In this document: piece after piece, positions 25,020-38,295 of the stretch
Layout: every line of letters starts with the position of its first letter
Numbering within the stretch: position 1 is the stretch's first letter
Source of the DNA: Chiloscyllium plagiosum
Taxonomy: Eukaryota
Direction: 5' to 3'
Length of the DNA: 64,000 nucleotides
Assembly (NCBI RefSeq): GCF_004010195.1
Contig: NC_057719.1
Location: 67,335,065 to 67,399,064 of the forward strand
Position numbers and translations under genes: made by a program
The notes under the pieces: generated by a model
What the model was told of the DNA's origin: nothing
The model's input: only the letters and a program-made list of their open reading frames with translations
Databases searched by the model: none

Positions 25020-25775
25020 TTTTTTATTCATTCTTGTGATGTGGACATTACTGGCACAGTCAAATTGTTATCTATTTCTAATTGCTCTTGAACTGAGTGG
25101 CATCAGTTGCCGTTTTTATAACTCATTCATGGGATGTGGGCATCACTGGCTGGACCAGCATTGATTGCCCATCCTTGGTTGCCCTTGAGAAGGAGCTGGT
25201 GAGCTGCCTTCTTGAACCACTCCAGTCCATTTTGTGTAGGTAGGTTCTTAAATGTAGGGAGATCCACAATGCTATTCAGGAGGAAGTTTTAGGATTTTTA
25301 CCCAGTCACACACATTTCGGAGGATATTTTCAGAGACAACAATATTACTGTGGGTCTAAAGTCACATGCAGTCCAGACCAAGTAATGAACAAGAAAGTTT
25401 TTTGTGGCAATCAAAGATATTCAAATGGTCACAAGTAATGAGATTTTGTTAACTGTGTGTAAACTGCACCAGCAGTAATAGTACAATTGGATCCTATGTT
25501 ACACAGCATTTGCCTCAGCCTTTGGATTAGTTGACCACTGATATTAATCACTACAACATGTCTCCCCAGTGACCATCACTGACAAGGCCATCATTTGTTG
25601 GACTATTCCTAATTGCTCTTGAAATGGTGGAGGTGAGCTTCTTGAGCCTTGGCAAACCATGTACTGGAGGGACACCCACCATGTCACTGGGGAGGGAATC
25701 CCAACATTGTGACCCAGTCATGCTCTCGTACTTCTACGTGGTAAATGTCATGGATATGGTAGGTGCTGTCAAGCT
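25020..25775 (-). mobile_element. Cluster of nested L2/CR1-group LINE and SINE 3' ends
   Basis: Three copies of the gatgtggg/catcactg..ctaattgctcttgaa tail at about 25030, 25125 and 25570. Confidence 0.7.
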
Positions 25776-28700
25776 GTATTGAAGTTGGCACATTAACAAC
25801 TGTAAATTTTCTTGTTCTTGAAGCTGTCAGAATAAATTCATTCGAGTTAATTATTAGACAGAATTACTGAAGGGAAAAATTTGAAGGATATGATGAAAAG
25901 GCAAGTTATTGAGACTGCAACCTGACAGCTATTATGTGAGTTTTATTAATTTGGAAACTAGGCATCCAGTATCTTAGGTTCACTTTCCAGATGTTGGACT
26001 CCCAAACTGGAGTGAAAGAAAAACACAGGTAGAACCTGTTCAGCTCAATAGTCCTCTGCTACTCCTAGATTCTTTTGTATTATTGTGGTTAGCATCATCT
26101 GTCATGTGCTTATTCTTTCTTTTCATAATTACAGCTACACTGAAAATAGGGATTAATGAGTTACGTTTTTAAGTAAACTGAGATATGGTAGGGATGTTGT
26201 TCAACATTGGTGTAGTGGGGTACAGTGTGATCTTTGGCTGTTTAATATACACCATACCAGATTTGCCTAACCACTTAAAAAAAGGTGTACAATGGACTTT
26301 CATTGACCACATATATCAGATGGCACAAACCATTGGTTTTATCGTAGACAGTGAAAGCCATTGGTTTTAATAACAGATGGCCAATGACCATTGTTGAAAT
26401 AGGGAGTGGCTCCTGATATATGGAAGAATAATGGGCAAACAATGATCCTTTGGCATACTAAGACAGGTCATTGACAATTGACTTACAGGTAATTTTGCAT
26501 TCTCCACCAATGGTGAATTTCAGTTCAATCATCTCAGTTTAAACAAAAATTTTCCATAAAAAGTTTCCACTAAATTTTGCCATTTGCTGTTTACTATGTA
26601 TATATCTTCAGCATCTTAAAACATCTTCCTCTTTTGCAACTAAGGTATTCTATTTTTCCTATAGGAATATTTTTATTAGAAAAATGTGGTTTAAATCCTG
26701 GTTTAAATGTTTTCTCTTGAACGTTTATGCAGGTGTTGGACTCACTACAGGGAGCAGTGTGTAGACTTTATCTGTAATAAAGAGTTTTTCCTTCCCATAT
26801 ATATGTCACCTTAAGCCAAAAGCACATAAATGACAGTAGGGTTTAAATCCTCCAGGGACTAAGGAAAAGAGCCTCCTAATACCTCATAGTGCCTCTTCAC
26901 ATTTATATTACAGCTAATATATTACATAGGTAGCTGAAGAATATAACAAGAGAAAGGATTGTGGATATGAAGGTTTTACTTTTAAAAATGAGTCTGAACT
27001 GCTAGACTCTGGAAAGGAGTAATTCCATGATAAGTAATCTATCATTTCTTGTTGTATAAATTGTTTCAGATCAAAGCCAAACTCTGTCACCTCGGTACTA
27101 GATCCACAATTTAACTGGGAGAAAAAAATAATTCAGTTGATGTATTAAGAATATCCAGCTATATAGAAATGATACAAACTTCTGCAATTAGAGATTATTA
27201 TATATAGTTATATATAAAACAAATAATTGTAGACATGTAGATAATCTTTTTACTTATGTAGCTGAAAGTTGGTAAAACACCAATATAGTTGGTGGTATCT
27301 ATAGACATATAAATATGTATACAAATGTATATCACAAACCTTGAATCACATCACATGCATAGTTCATAATCAAAACATTTGTGTTTAAGCAACAGAATTT
27401 CAATTGTTATCTGACTTGTAAAGTTGATTCAGCTCAGGAGATCCCACACAATCTCAGTGGTGACAGAGGACCCATTGTTATAGGAATGGTGCATGCTGGC
27501 CATAAAAACACCCGCAGTAAAGCATTACTGGAAATCTCACATGTGTTGTATCAGTCACAAATAAAATGTTAACAGTTTTTTACACCGTGTTATAAATAAA
27601 GAGTGACACCCTGAAGATTTTTTATTATTGACTTTTAATTTTAGTTTCAGAAAGCAGAATTTACCAATAATTGCTACACATTTTGCCTGGATTTAAAAAA
27701 AACTGTGCTGGTTTAAGGCATCTAAATACTTAAAGGCTCTTTCTGAGGAATGAATGAGGAATTGCATCTTTCAATAAGTCTACATTACCTCAGATCATGT
27801 TAAGATTTAATTTTGCAGATTATTCCTGTCTATGATAAATTTTGTTTTGTAATATAATCATTCTTATTTTAGTTTCATAAAATTCTTTCTTGAATATCCT
27901 AAAATCACAGCCCATCATATTTTACTATTGAATATGAATGCAACAACTTGCATTCCTGCAAAATGCTCCTTGATGGTTATAATTCAATTGCTTTGTTGCC
28001 ACATTTCTTCAATTTAACTATAGTGTAAAGTGGTGTATCCAGTCAAGTGGAATGTAGCAGGTGAACACCAATATTTCTGTCCTAGACTATTAACCATTCA
28101 TTACTGTCATTTAAATCCAGACAGAGGAGAAAAGTTACTTTTTAATTTAGTTCCACCAAAACATAAGCCATAGCAAATGGCTCAATGCCATTAAATGTCC
28201 CTCATGGCATCTGTTGTGCTAACCTCAAGGATCCCCCGTTTGTGAAACGGGGAAGGGTTAATAAGCTTACTGCATTCTGCTTTGTGATAGGCTGACACCA
28301 TTGATTTTATCAATGGGATGATAACCTGCTTTCATTCTGTAGTATTTTTTAAACAGATTTGATTCAAATAAGTTACTCTTAGCCTAAAAGAAATTGCACA
28401 ACCTCCATCTCCTTTTCTCTAATAATTTTCAGTTGTATTTTGAACTTCCATTTATTATTTCTGATATGGGACAGCCTTAATAAAAGGCCGGCTTTCTAAG
28501 TTTATGTCCTTTTTATTCATAAGTAGAGGATATAGCACAGGATGTTGCTGGAAAACAATATTTATTGTAGGACTGAATCAGATAATGTAATTGGAACAAC
28601 AAAGTTGTAAGTAGGCTTGGGATTCAAGTAAATGGAATTCAGATTAGACAGAATTTGTACATAAAAATCAATTTCATTTCCATTCTGATGTATTGAATGG

Positions 28701-31700
28701 GTCTGTCACTTTAAAACAGTGACCTTACCCATGCATAGTGAAATCTGTCTTTTAGTATGTCTTCTTGCTTGCAGTACTAAAGCTTGCGAAAATGCAGAAA
28801 AAGCATCAGTATTGCTTTGTGTGGCCTCTGCTGGCTTACAAAACCAGCAGCAATAAGAGAGTGACAGCTTAGTGGGTTTTATGTTTTCTTTACAAAATGA
28901 GCCTAATTTACTTTGATACTGCATATGTATGACCCTAGTCCATTTTCAGTGCAGGTCCTGTGGCTATCCATTTGCCTAATGGTCTGGGAGTGTGCCATTC
29001 ACTCAGTACATTTGTTTCCCTAGCACTTCCAGGTTTTGCTCAGTTTCTGAAGTGTCTCATGCTCTGTATTCACAATGTCCATTTGCTTGGCACTCCAACA
29101 GCATTTTTTTGTCTTTCCCTAGCTAAGGAATTTGGACTGGATCCGACTAATTTTCAGCTGTGGTGAACAGTGAAATTTTAATCTGAAATACCGAAATAAT
29201 CACAGTCTTGACCCTAACTTTGTGTGTAATTAATTAGATTATGGACCAAGATAAAGTGTTCCGATTAGGTGGATGTATTGTAGAACCCATGAAATACTCA
29301 TGCATTTAATGCAGTTTCACAACCTCTCATTGTTCTACTGTTATGGCATCAAGCATTAAAATAACACAGCAACTGAGACTGAATTCAAACATTTGATTAA
29401 AACTATGGACAGATGTACCTAATACACATTACCTAGTTGCAAAAATTAATTCTGCACTCCACATTTAGTTCACTCGGGTTCTGTCACCTATTGGCTTGAA
29501 GCTCAAGTCAAGGAGCTCCAGGAGTTCAAAATCTACAGAAAACATGTATCTTAGAGCATTTTAATGTTTTTTTTATTTATTGTCAGTTAAGCATTAACTA
29601 GTTGCAACTCATAATTCCGCTAAGTTACCTTCTCCTCTTTGATCTTAAACTAGATTTAAAATTTAATGCAATATTGAAGATAACAGAACTACCTTTATTG
29701 ATTACTTCTAACACAAGAAAACATGATCCATATTGCGAATATCAGGTGACTGTAAATGCAAGGCATACAATCACAAAGATATATCAAAACACTCATGAAC
29801 TGGTAATCAGTACTTTCAAGGCTTCATTTTCCATTTATGTGAATGGTAAATTAAACTAAATTAATACCTCTTTGGGTTGATTGAGTGGGAGCAGAGCTAC
29901 TGATAGTTGCTGTTTATTTTAATGGTGCAGGAGGTGGTAGATTTTTAAATTTAAGAATTGAAATTGTCCAAGTGACAGCAGCTTGATTAAAAATGGGAGC
30001 AGAACGAGCTCTTCGTAAAATGGGAGGATGCTAGTGCTGTGAGGATTTCAACAGCATGTCTCTGCCATACTCACAAGTTGCTGCAGGAACTGTCAGGACA
30101 AGTTTATTATTCGCTTTTTCTGAATATGCTTAAGAGAAATCAACTGCACCTTGTTTTGAAACATTACCTATGACACAGGAACATCAGCCCCTCAATCATT
30201 TTCTGTGATCCATGCCACTGCAGACCTGTTGTTGTTTAAAAATGTACTTGCTTTAGGGAATAATAATTTTAAAATGTTACACACTTACCTCAGGCTCAGA
30301 TTTTTTTTCACATTACTCACTTCAAGCAGGCATAGAGTCACTCATGTGGAAAAGCTAATGTAATACTGCCTGAAAAATGTAATCTCTCATGAAATTATAA
30401 TGCTAAAGATCAGCAGAAAGTATCACAATAAATAAATGAAAGTATCTGTTTAACAGGCAAACTAGTTTCTAACAGGGTTAACAAAGCTGAAGATTTTGCA
30501 AGCAATAATCTTAAATTGCTGTTATTGCTGATGTTAAAGGGTTTTATTTTCTACGACTAGGCAATAGCAAACATAAAAGGTTGGGGCTCTCACAGTGATA
30601 GACTCTTCAAATAATAATGGCATAATTCAAAAGAAATTGGCCTTCTTCCAAAAAAAGTTTGTATTTCATTCTTTTCATCGTTTAATAGATAGGAATACAT
30701 AGCAATCTTTGTACAATTATCCATTATTCCTTTGGCTGACTTGTGTTTAACAATAATTGCTAGACAGAATCGATTCCCTGCACCAAAGCTAAAAATATAA
30801 CAAGGGGCTTTTCCAGAAATCTTTCGAGAGTTCATGTCTAAGTTATGCTAGTTACATAACTTTCACTTCCCAATTTCTAAATAAAACACCACTTGCATTT
30901 TAGCAAACCTCAAATACTACTACCTTCCAGGTCATACGGCTTTCCTGTTTTCTGTTATCCAGCAGCTTTATGAACAATATGGATGATGAGTTATATTGCA
31001 GAATTTAACAAAAGGTTTCAATAGATTAGATCCTCATTACTTTTTCTCATTGCCACGTAAATGTTAACATATTAATAAAAGAGATACGAATAATTTACAA
31101 ATAAGAAGCTCACCTTTCCTTTTGTAAGCTTTTTTTCCCCGCAAACAAACAGTAGACGGAGACACACTGTCTTAATTGTGAAAGCCCAGTTTAATCAGCA
31201 AGAATGACCCACTGAGCGACAGTTCTAAAACAGGAAAGAAAAGATACAGGTTTTCCTTTTTCTATAATAAAAGCTGTGGAAGTTGCGTGGGGTAGAGTCT
31301 CTAGGAAATCCACTCTTTCTTTGAAAAAATGTCCGTGGGTAGATACAAGATTGGCACAACAATAACTGAAAATAGCAAGGGCTGATACGCATTGTCAGCT
31401 AGAATTTGGGTTAAGACAGTGACTTTTGTCTGCAAGGTGTCTGTGTTGAAAAGAGAGCTGGGAGTTGCAAAATTCTAATTTTCCTATTTCTGATTATTAA
31501 GGGTTTATGACTGAATAATGAGCACACAGGTATCACACAGGAGATTTTGCAATTAGTCTACTGTGTATATAAGTGTATTAAAATCCATCACTGACCTAAA
31601 AAGAAACACCACTTTTTTTTTGCCTTGTAATATTAAGTAAGTAGCATCAATGGTCATAAATGAAAGCATTCATCAAAGGTGTTGGCCGTGGCAAAGGATT

Positions 31701-33904
31701 AGTGAATGCTGATGAAGTGTCCAGCTTCCCATAACTCGGAATGGGACCAGATTCAGAATTCCTTTATCATCTCGCTGCTGCATAACAAAGGTCTCATATA
31801 TTTAGTGCAAGTTTGGCCTGGGCCACATAATAGGATTAGGAATAATTTTTACAAATTTACAAAAAACAGATCACATGGGAAGGCTTAGAATTTGCTGATA
31901 ATTTCTCCGTCCTTGATAGATCAAAGGAAGCAAGAGTTCTGAAGCCAAGCAGCAGTTTGACCCTGGTCAGGCTTTCTAATGAAAGGGTTAATCTTCTCAG
32001 AGGTGACCATAGAGGAGCAAGTGGTGTGACCAAAGGGAGATTGAGGAATTAGAAAATCATTCAAAAGGAGACTGGGTAATATGACAGAATGAGAAAGTTA
32101 CTGAGCAGTTCCACCTTAACTTGTCTTTAGTGATCTGAAATGATTTTCTAAATGATATATTTGCTATAACAAAGAAACAGCAGCTACAGTTTGTTTACTT
32201 ATTACTTTATATTAAACTAATTTATTGGGCTTTTAATAAGAAGTGTTTGTCTTTTAAAAAATTGCAAGCTATTTGGTTGGACATATCTAAAATAGGGGCT
32301 ATTGAAATCGATATATTCCTTCGGGACAGTTGACATCATGCAGCCTTCTGCATTAACAAGGAAGGCAGGACACTGACAGAGGCAGTAAGTCAGTGCTGGA
32401 TAACCTCACCCATGCATTTTGAAATTCATCGACAGCAATCAGTATGGGAAGGCTTTCCCAGTGCATTTTAAAACAAAATGCAGTGAAGTGAATCTATAAA
32501 CCTTTTAAGAGTCATGCAAAGGTTGTAGCTAAGGCAGAAGGCAAAGTGATCTTTACAGTAAGGTTTTCAAGAGACATTAAAACTCAGCCACCACAACAAA
32601 ATATTAATCTTATAAGCAGCGCAATTTTATTCTTCTAATTTATGACTTCAAAACAATTAATCTGTTCAACATCATGGACTATATTTTCCCACTGGTATAC
32701 TTGACAGACCAGCAGTTAGGACAATACTACCATTATTACTACTGTTAGAATTACAGCCTAACTAAATCTTCCCTAATGAATGAATGGCAACAATTTACTC
32801 ATTTAATAACAACGAAAAGCATCATTAAGATGTATCAATATATGCCACTCATATTAAGACAACATTATGAAAATGTCAGACAGCTCAATCATCAAGTAGC
32901 AATGGCAGAGGCAGCTGTTACTTTTTGTTTCATAAATAAATCCAAAAGGTTGAGATCTAGTGGAAGAAAGAGTCTTCATTTGCCAGAATATAACTACATG
33001 TGCTATGACAGCTACCTGACTTTCTCAAACTGTAAGTTTGTGCGGCAATTCAAAGAACATAGTCAAACACTAGCAACTCTGAAATGAAAGTTTAATTGCC
33101 AAAACTTTGCCAGCAACTCTCAATTTTTGCTGTAATATATCTGGCAGCTAATTATTACTTTCTTTCCTCATGATAATGCCTGTAAATCTAGAGTATTAAA
33201 CTAATTGCCTCGAACCAAGTAACAAATTCAAAGGATAAAAATTCCAAAGGTATTATCTGCCCTTTGTGACTTCTGATCTCAATAATGGGCTACAAACACC
33301 AGTCAGGATTGTGCTCAAAAACTCATAGTGAAGCCAATTAGATCAAATCAGGAAATTGGACTTATCTTGTTGGTCCAAGGAATGGTTGGTGGGTGTTACT
33401 GAGGACACCAGGCTGTACAACATCATTCCTTTTTCACAGATCAGAGGCAATTCTGATACGATAGCCAAACTGTCTTTGTGCCAAGGTAGCTTTCCTTATT
33501 GTGTAAAATGTGATCTTAATGGATTTAACATTGACAAATAGTATTTTATTGAATGCCAGCAGATCTTCTATGATATTTATCACAATTATCTTTTCTTCCA
33601 TGTAAAAGATAAAACTAAGACCATTGTGCAAATAAATCAAAGCATATTTTCATTAAATGATTTTCTGAAATTCTTATTGGTGCTTGGGAATTGCATTCTA
33701 TGAATCATCCTATTATTCAGTGATAACTGCAAGTAAGTGGCCTTTATTTTATATATTATATCCCTTAACATTTCTAAAGCTGAAAATTCAAACAGAAAAA
33801 CATAACTTTCGTTCTTCACATGGAGCAGTATTTTTGCAGCCAGAATCTCAAATGTCATTTAAATGGTGCAAGACTGCAGAAATCTACAGCACAGAGAGAT
33901 TTGA

Positions 33905-34375
33905 GTGTTCTCAAGCAAAAATCACACAAAAAACTAACGTTCAGGTTCAGGGAATAAAAATGGAACATTAGTCTTTATTTCAAGGAAATCTTGCTAAAAC
34001 TGTACAATGCACTCATTAGATCACACCTAAAATATCATGAACAGCTTAGAGCCACTCATTTAAGGAAAGATGTACTGACATTGGAGTGGAGAGGGAAGTT
34101 CACAAAGTTGATTAGATGTATGGAGGGGTGATTTTATGAGGTGAGGCGGTTTGGATTGGGCCTGACCCTGTTGGAATTCAGAAGAATGTGAGGCGACCTT
34201 AATGAAACATACAAGACTCTTAGGGCACTTGGCAGATTAGATGTGGAAAGGTTAGTTGCCCTCAAGAGTCTGGGGCCAGACAGCATAATCTCAGAATAAG
34301 GAGTCATCCAATTTAGACAGAGATTAGGAAGAATGTCTTCTCTCAGAAGGTAGCGAATTTGAGAAGTTCATTACC
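33905..34375 (+). mobile_element. Old CR1 3' fragment
   Basis: LLKLYNALIRSHLKY-like segment, ttcagaagaatgtgaggcgaccttaatgaaacatacaa, ttctctcagaaggtagcgaattt. Confidence 0.75.
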
Positions 34376-34384
34376 TCAGACCTT

Positions 34385-34550
34385 CCTACATAAAGACACT
34401 CACTTGAGAGGATAGATAGAGTCTCTGTTTCAAATTTTATCCAAAATACTGTACCTCCAACAGTGTAGTACTTCATTAAGTAGGATATAAACCCACAATG
34501 TTTGAACTCAGAAGGAGGAGTGGTATGCGTTGAGACAATACTGACAGTGA
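34385..34550 (-). mobile_element. Deu-domain SINE fragment (SacSINE1-like)
   Basis: Minus strand cactgttggaggtacagtattttggataaaatttgaaacagagactctatctatcctctcaagtg resembles the Deu core as I recall it. Confidence 0.6.
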
Positions 34551-35089
34551 GGCCATCTAGAGTGTATAGCAAAGCAAGTTGTCAAATCTATGAATGGTGC
34601 AATTTTGTCATCCCAAAGATTTTTGCAGCTGAAAAATGCAGTACAGCTTACTATTAACAGAGTTGCAGTCAGAATCTATGTTCGATATCTCTTATAATGA
34701 AAGCTTCAGGTTGTGCCATTGTGCAATTTGGATTATAACAGCTTAGAAAAAGTCAACACATTTGGTGCTATTAGGCTCCTCATTTTCAGCCAAGTATTAC
34801 CTTTAAAATACTTGACTTATTTCTAATGAGAGGCATCACTAATTTAATTTAATTTAGTTAAAGGCCAAGACCAGTTGGTGGTCATTGTATGTTCATAAAC
34901 CTTGTTGTATCAGGAGTAAGAACAAGTAACAGAAGAAATGATAAGCAGAAAAGGTGTGCACGCATCAGGAGTTTTTAAACCTGCAGTCACCCTCATGGAA
35001 CAAGGTGAACCCATTGATGTCAAAGCTTCCCTGAGTTAGTCCTTGCCTACAGCTGCTGAAACATGCCACTTGCAGTTGTAAGGTTTTGG

Positions 35090-36030
35090 GGACTCAGGTG
35101 GTAATTGAGTCACTAGCTTCTGATCTGCTGATGTAGCCACGGTCCTTATATATAACTAGTCCAGTTGGGTTTCTGGTCAATGACTCAGATAGTGGGGAGT
35201 TCAGTGATGGTGATGCCATTGAATAAAATGGAACATGGGGAAATGGTTCGATGCTCCCTTGTTGGAACATGTTATAACACACCTCTGGTAAAGGTGGGAA
35301 TTGATCCCAAACCTTCTAGTCCAGAAATAAGGACACCATCACTGCCCAACAAGAGTTTTTAAACCTGTGAATGTAGATATTTGTAGATTGTAGAGGTGTT
35401 ACAACACACCTTTGGAGCAGGAGGGATTTGAGTCCTGCATTTCCTGACTTATTTGTGCATTCAATTACCCACCTTTGATTCGTATATGTTGCAGTGAGTA
35501 TCTTACAAACTGTCTCCCTAGTTTTTGATCACCATCTACAAGGTATAAGCAGGACTCTGATGGAATACTCCCTACTGGCCTGGATAACTACAGCTCCAAA
35601 AACACCCAAAATACAGCAGTCTGCTTGACTGACACCCCATCCGCCACTTTTAAGCATCCAGTAATTCTACCACTGAGGCACAGTAGCAGCAGTGTATACC
35701 ATTTGCAAGATGTATTGTAACAACATGTCAAAACTTCTGCAAAAGTACCTTCCAAAACCATGACATCAACTACTTAGAAGGACAATGGCAGCAGATGGAT
35801 GGAAACATTGCTTCTTGCACATTCAACTCTAAGCATCACCCCATCCTGACTTCAAGTTACATCACTGTTCTTTCACTGTCACTGCATCAACTCCCTTAAT
35901 AACAGCAATGAGGGTATACCTACACCCAAAGGCAGCTCATCACCACCTTTCCAATGGCAGTTAGTAATGGACAATAAATATTCACCCAGCCAGTGAAGCC
36001 AACATCCCATGTATCAATAAAGCAAATAAA
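35090..36030. mobile_element. L2/CR1-group LINE pieces (minus fragment, then plus 3' end) with tRNA-SINE heads at about 35270-35445
   Basis: IYKV*AGL*WNTP-like RT tail, ggcagctcatcaccaccttt..aataaa end; reversed B-box-like gtgggaattgatccc and gggatttgagtcc. Confidence 0.6.
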
Positions 36031-36294
36031 ATGTGTATGTAACAACAATCCCCAATCTTGAAAATTGCACTTGATCTCAAAAGTCCAGTATTTTAGGGAG
36101 AGATTTTGAAGTACCTGCTGTTAATTGAGTGGAAAGGTATTCATCTCTGTATGATCTGGCTCCAATTTTGGTGGTCTCTTGCTGTGGCTTCTTCACCAGA
36201 AATATATTCCATATATCTGCCCTATTCACTCCCTTTGTTATTTTAAATAGTTCTTCTAGATTACCTCTAAGGACATGGGTTTGCAACTAAAAAG

Positions 36295-38295
36295 CTAGTC
36301 TAGTGGTACCATCATTGAGTGCCCTTAAGGGAAGAAAAACTGCCATCCTTACCTGGCCCAGCATAGGTACAATTCTAGATTTGTATCAATGTGATTGACT
36401 TGCAACTGCCACTGACATGGCCTGGCAAGCTGCTCAGTTGTAGTGAAGCACCATTAAGTTTAAAGCAAGTAATGACATCCAGCATCAATGTTAGCACTGA
36501 AAATGACTGTAGCAAACCCAAACCTGACAACTCTGCAAAGTCCTCTTGGACTAACATTTGGGACTTGTGTCAAAGTTCCCACAGACAAATCAAACAACAT
36601 TTTAATGTAGATTAGAGTGGTGCTGGAAAAGCACAGCAGGTCCGGCAGTATCCGAGGAGCAGGAAAATCGATGTTTCGGGCAGGAGTCCTTCATCAAGAA
36701 TTCCTGATTCTGAAGGGCTCCTGTCTGAAACATCGATTTTCCTGCTCCTCGGATGCTGCCTGACCTGTTGTGCTTTTCCAGCACCACTCTAATCTTGACT
36801 CTTCTCTCCAGCATCTGCAGTCCTCACTTTTACCTAACGTTTTAATGTAGCCATACTCATGGAATCACATCTCACAGACAAATTCATGGACTCCACCATC
36901 ACCAATCCTGGGTATGTTCTCTTTCACTAGCCAGACAGATCGATCAAAGATGATGGCACAATGGCATTCAACTGTGAGGGATTTGCCTTGAAAGTCCTTA
37001 ATATTGTCTCTGGACACTATGGCATCATATGGCAATAGTTCAAATGGGGACAAGGAAATCTTCTGATTATTGCTACATACCATCCTCCCTCAGCTGAATT
37101 AGAAGTTCATGTTGAATACCACATGGAAGAAGCAATGATAGTAGCTGGAGCATAGGGTATGGTCTGGTTGGGGGACATCAATGCTGGAGAATGGCTCAGT
37201 ACCACCATGAATGACTGGGCTGTCCATCTTCTAAACGATATAGCTACTAAACTGGATCTGTGTTAGATGGTAATGGAACCAGCAAGTGGGAAAAAACTAC
37301 CTGGCCTTGTCGTCACCAATCTATCTTTCCATGCAATGCAATTGTCCATGAAAATATTGATAGAAGTGATCACTGCACAGTCATTGTGGAGACGAAGTTC
37401 TGACTTCATGTTAGAATACCCTCCATCCTACTGTGTGACACTATCACCCTATTAAATGGGGCAGACTGTGAACAGCAGGCATACCTAGAAATGAGGCATG
37501 CCAGACATTGGAAACAACACTTAGTATACAGTGCTAAATAAGCCACAAACAACAGACCATATCCAAGCTCCACAGTCTTGCTGTGCTGGTTATGAATGAG
37601 AGTGGATAACTAAACAGCTAACAGGAGATGGAGGGTCTGCAAGTATGCCTACCTTTAATGATGGGAGTAAGACAAGGCAGGAACATTTCAATTCATCTTC
37701 ACCCAGAAGTGGATGTTCCATCTTGGCCCTCTCCTGAGCTCCACAGCATCACAGTTGCTGGTCTTCAACCAATCTTACATTCACTCCACATGATAAAATG
37801 ACTGAAAATGCTGGGTATTTCAAAGGCAATGGGCCATGACAACATTCTGGCAATAGTTTTGAAGATGTGTTCCAGAATTAACCATGTCCCTAGCCAAGCT
37901 GTTCCAATACAGCTACAACACTGGCAACTACCAGGCAATGTGCAAAATTACCCAGATATGTACTGTCCAGAAAAAGCAAGACAAATCTGACAAATTACCA
38001 CTCCAGTCGACTGTCAATTATCAAAGTGATGAAAGTGAAAAGTCCTCGATAGTGCTATTGAGCAGCACTTGCTAATCAATAACTTACTCACTGATACTAC
38101 ATTGGCATCCCCCAGAGTTACAACCTCCAGACTTCATCACAGCTTTGGTCCAAGTCAGAAAATGATTGAATATTCTCTGCATTGAAACTGTTTAAGAATG
38201 CAACTCATTTCCACCTTCTAAAGGGCAATGAGGGATGTGCAATAAATGTAGTTCTGGACAGCAATATCCACAAACCATGAAAGAATAAAAAAAAG
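36295..38295 (+). mobile_element. Decayed, internally deleted L2/CR1-group LINE (5' region, endonuclease, start of RT, 3' tail)
   Basis: KAMGHDNILAIVLKMC and LAKLFQYSYNTGNY..KITQICTVQKKQDKS; tail ccaccttctaaagggcaatgagggatgtgcaataaat. Confidence 0.75.
36611..36835. mobile_element. Foldback PLE-derived element with two head-to-head hammerhead remnants and 15-bp TSD
   Basis: About 90-bp inverted arms centred on gaattc (36698-36703); aacattttaatgtag at 36596-36610 and aacgttttaatgtag at 36836-36850. Confidence 0.85.
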
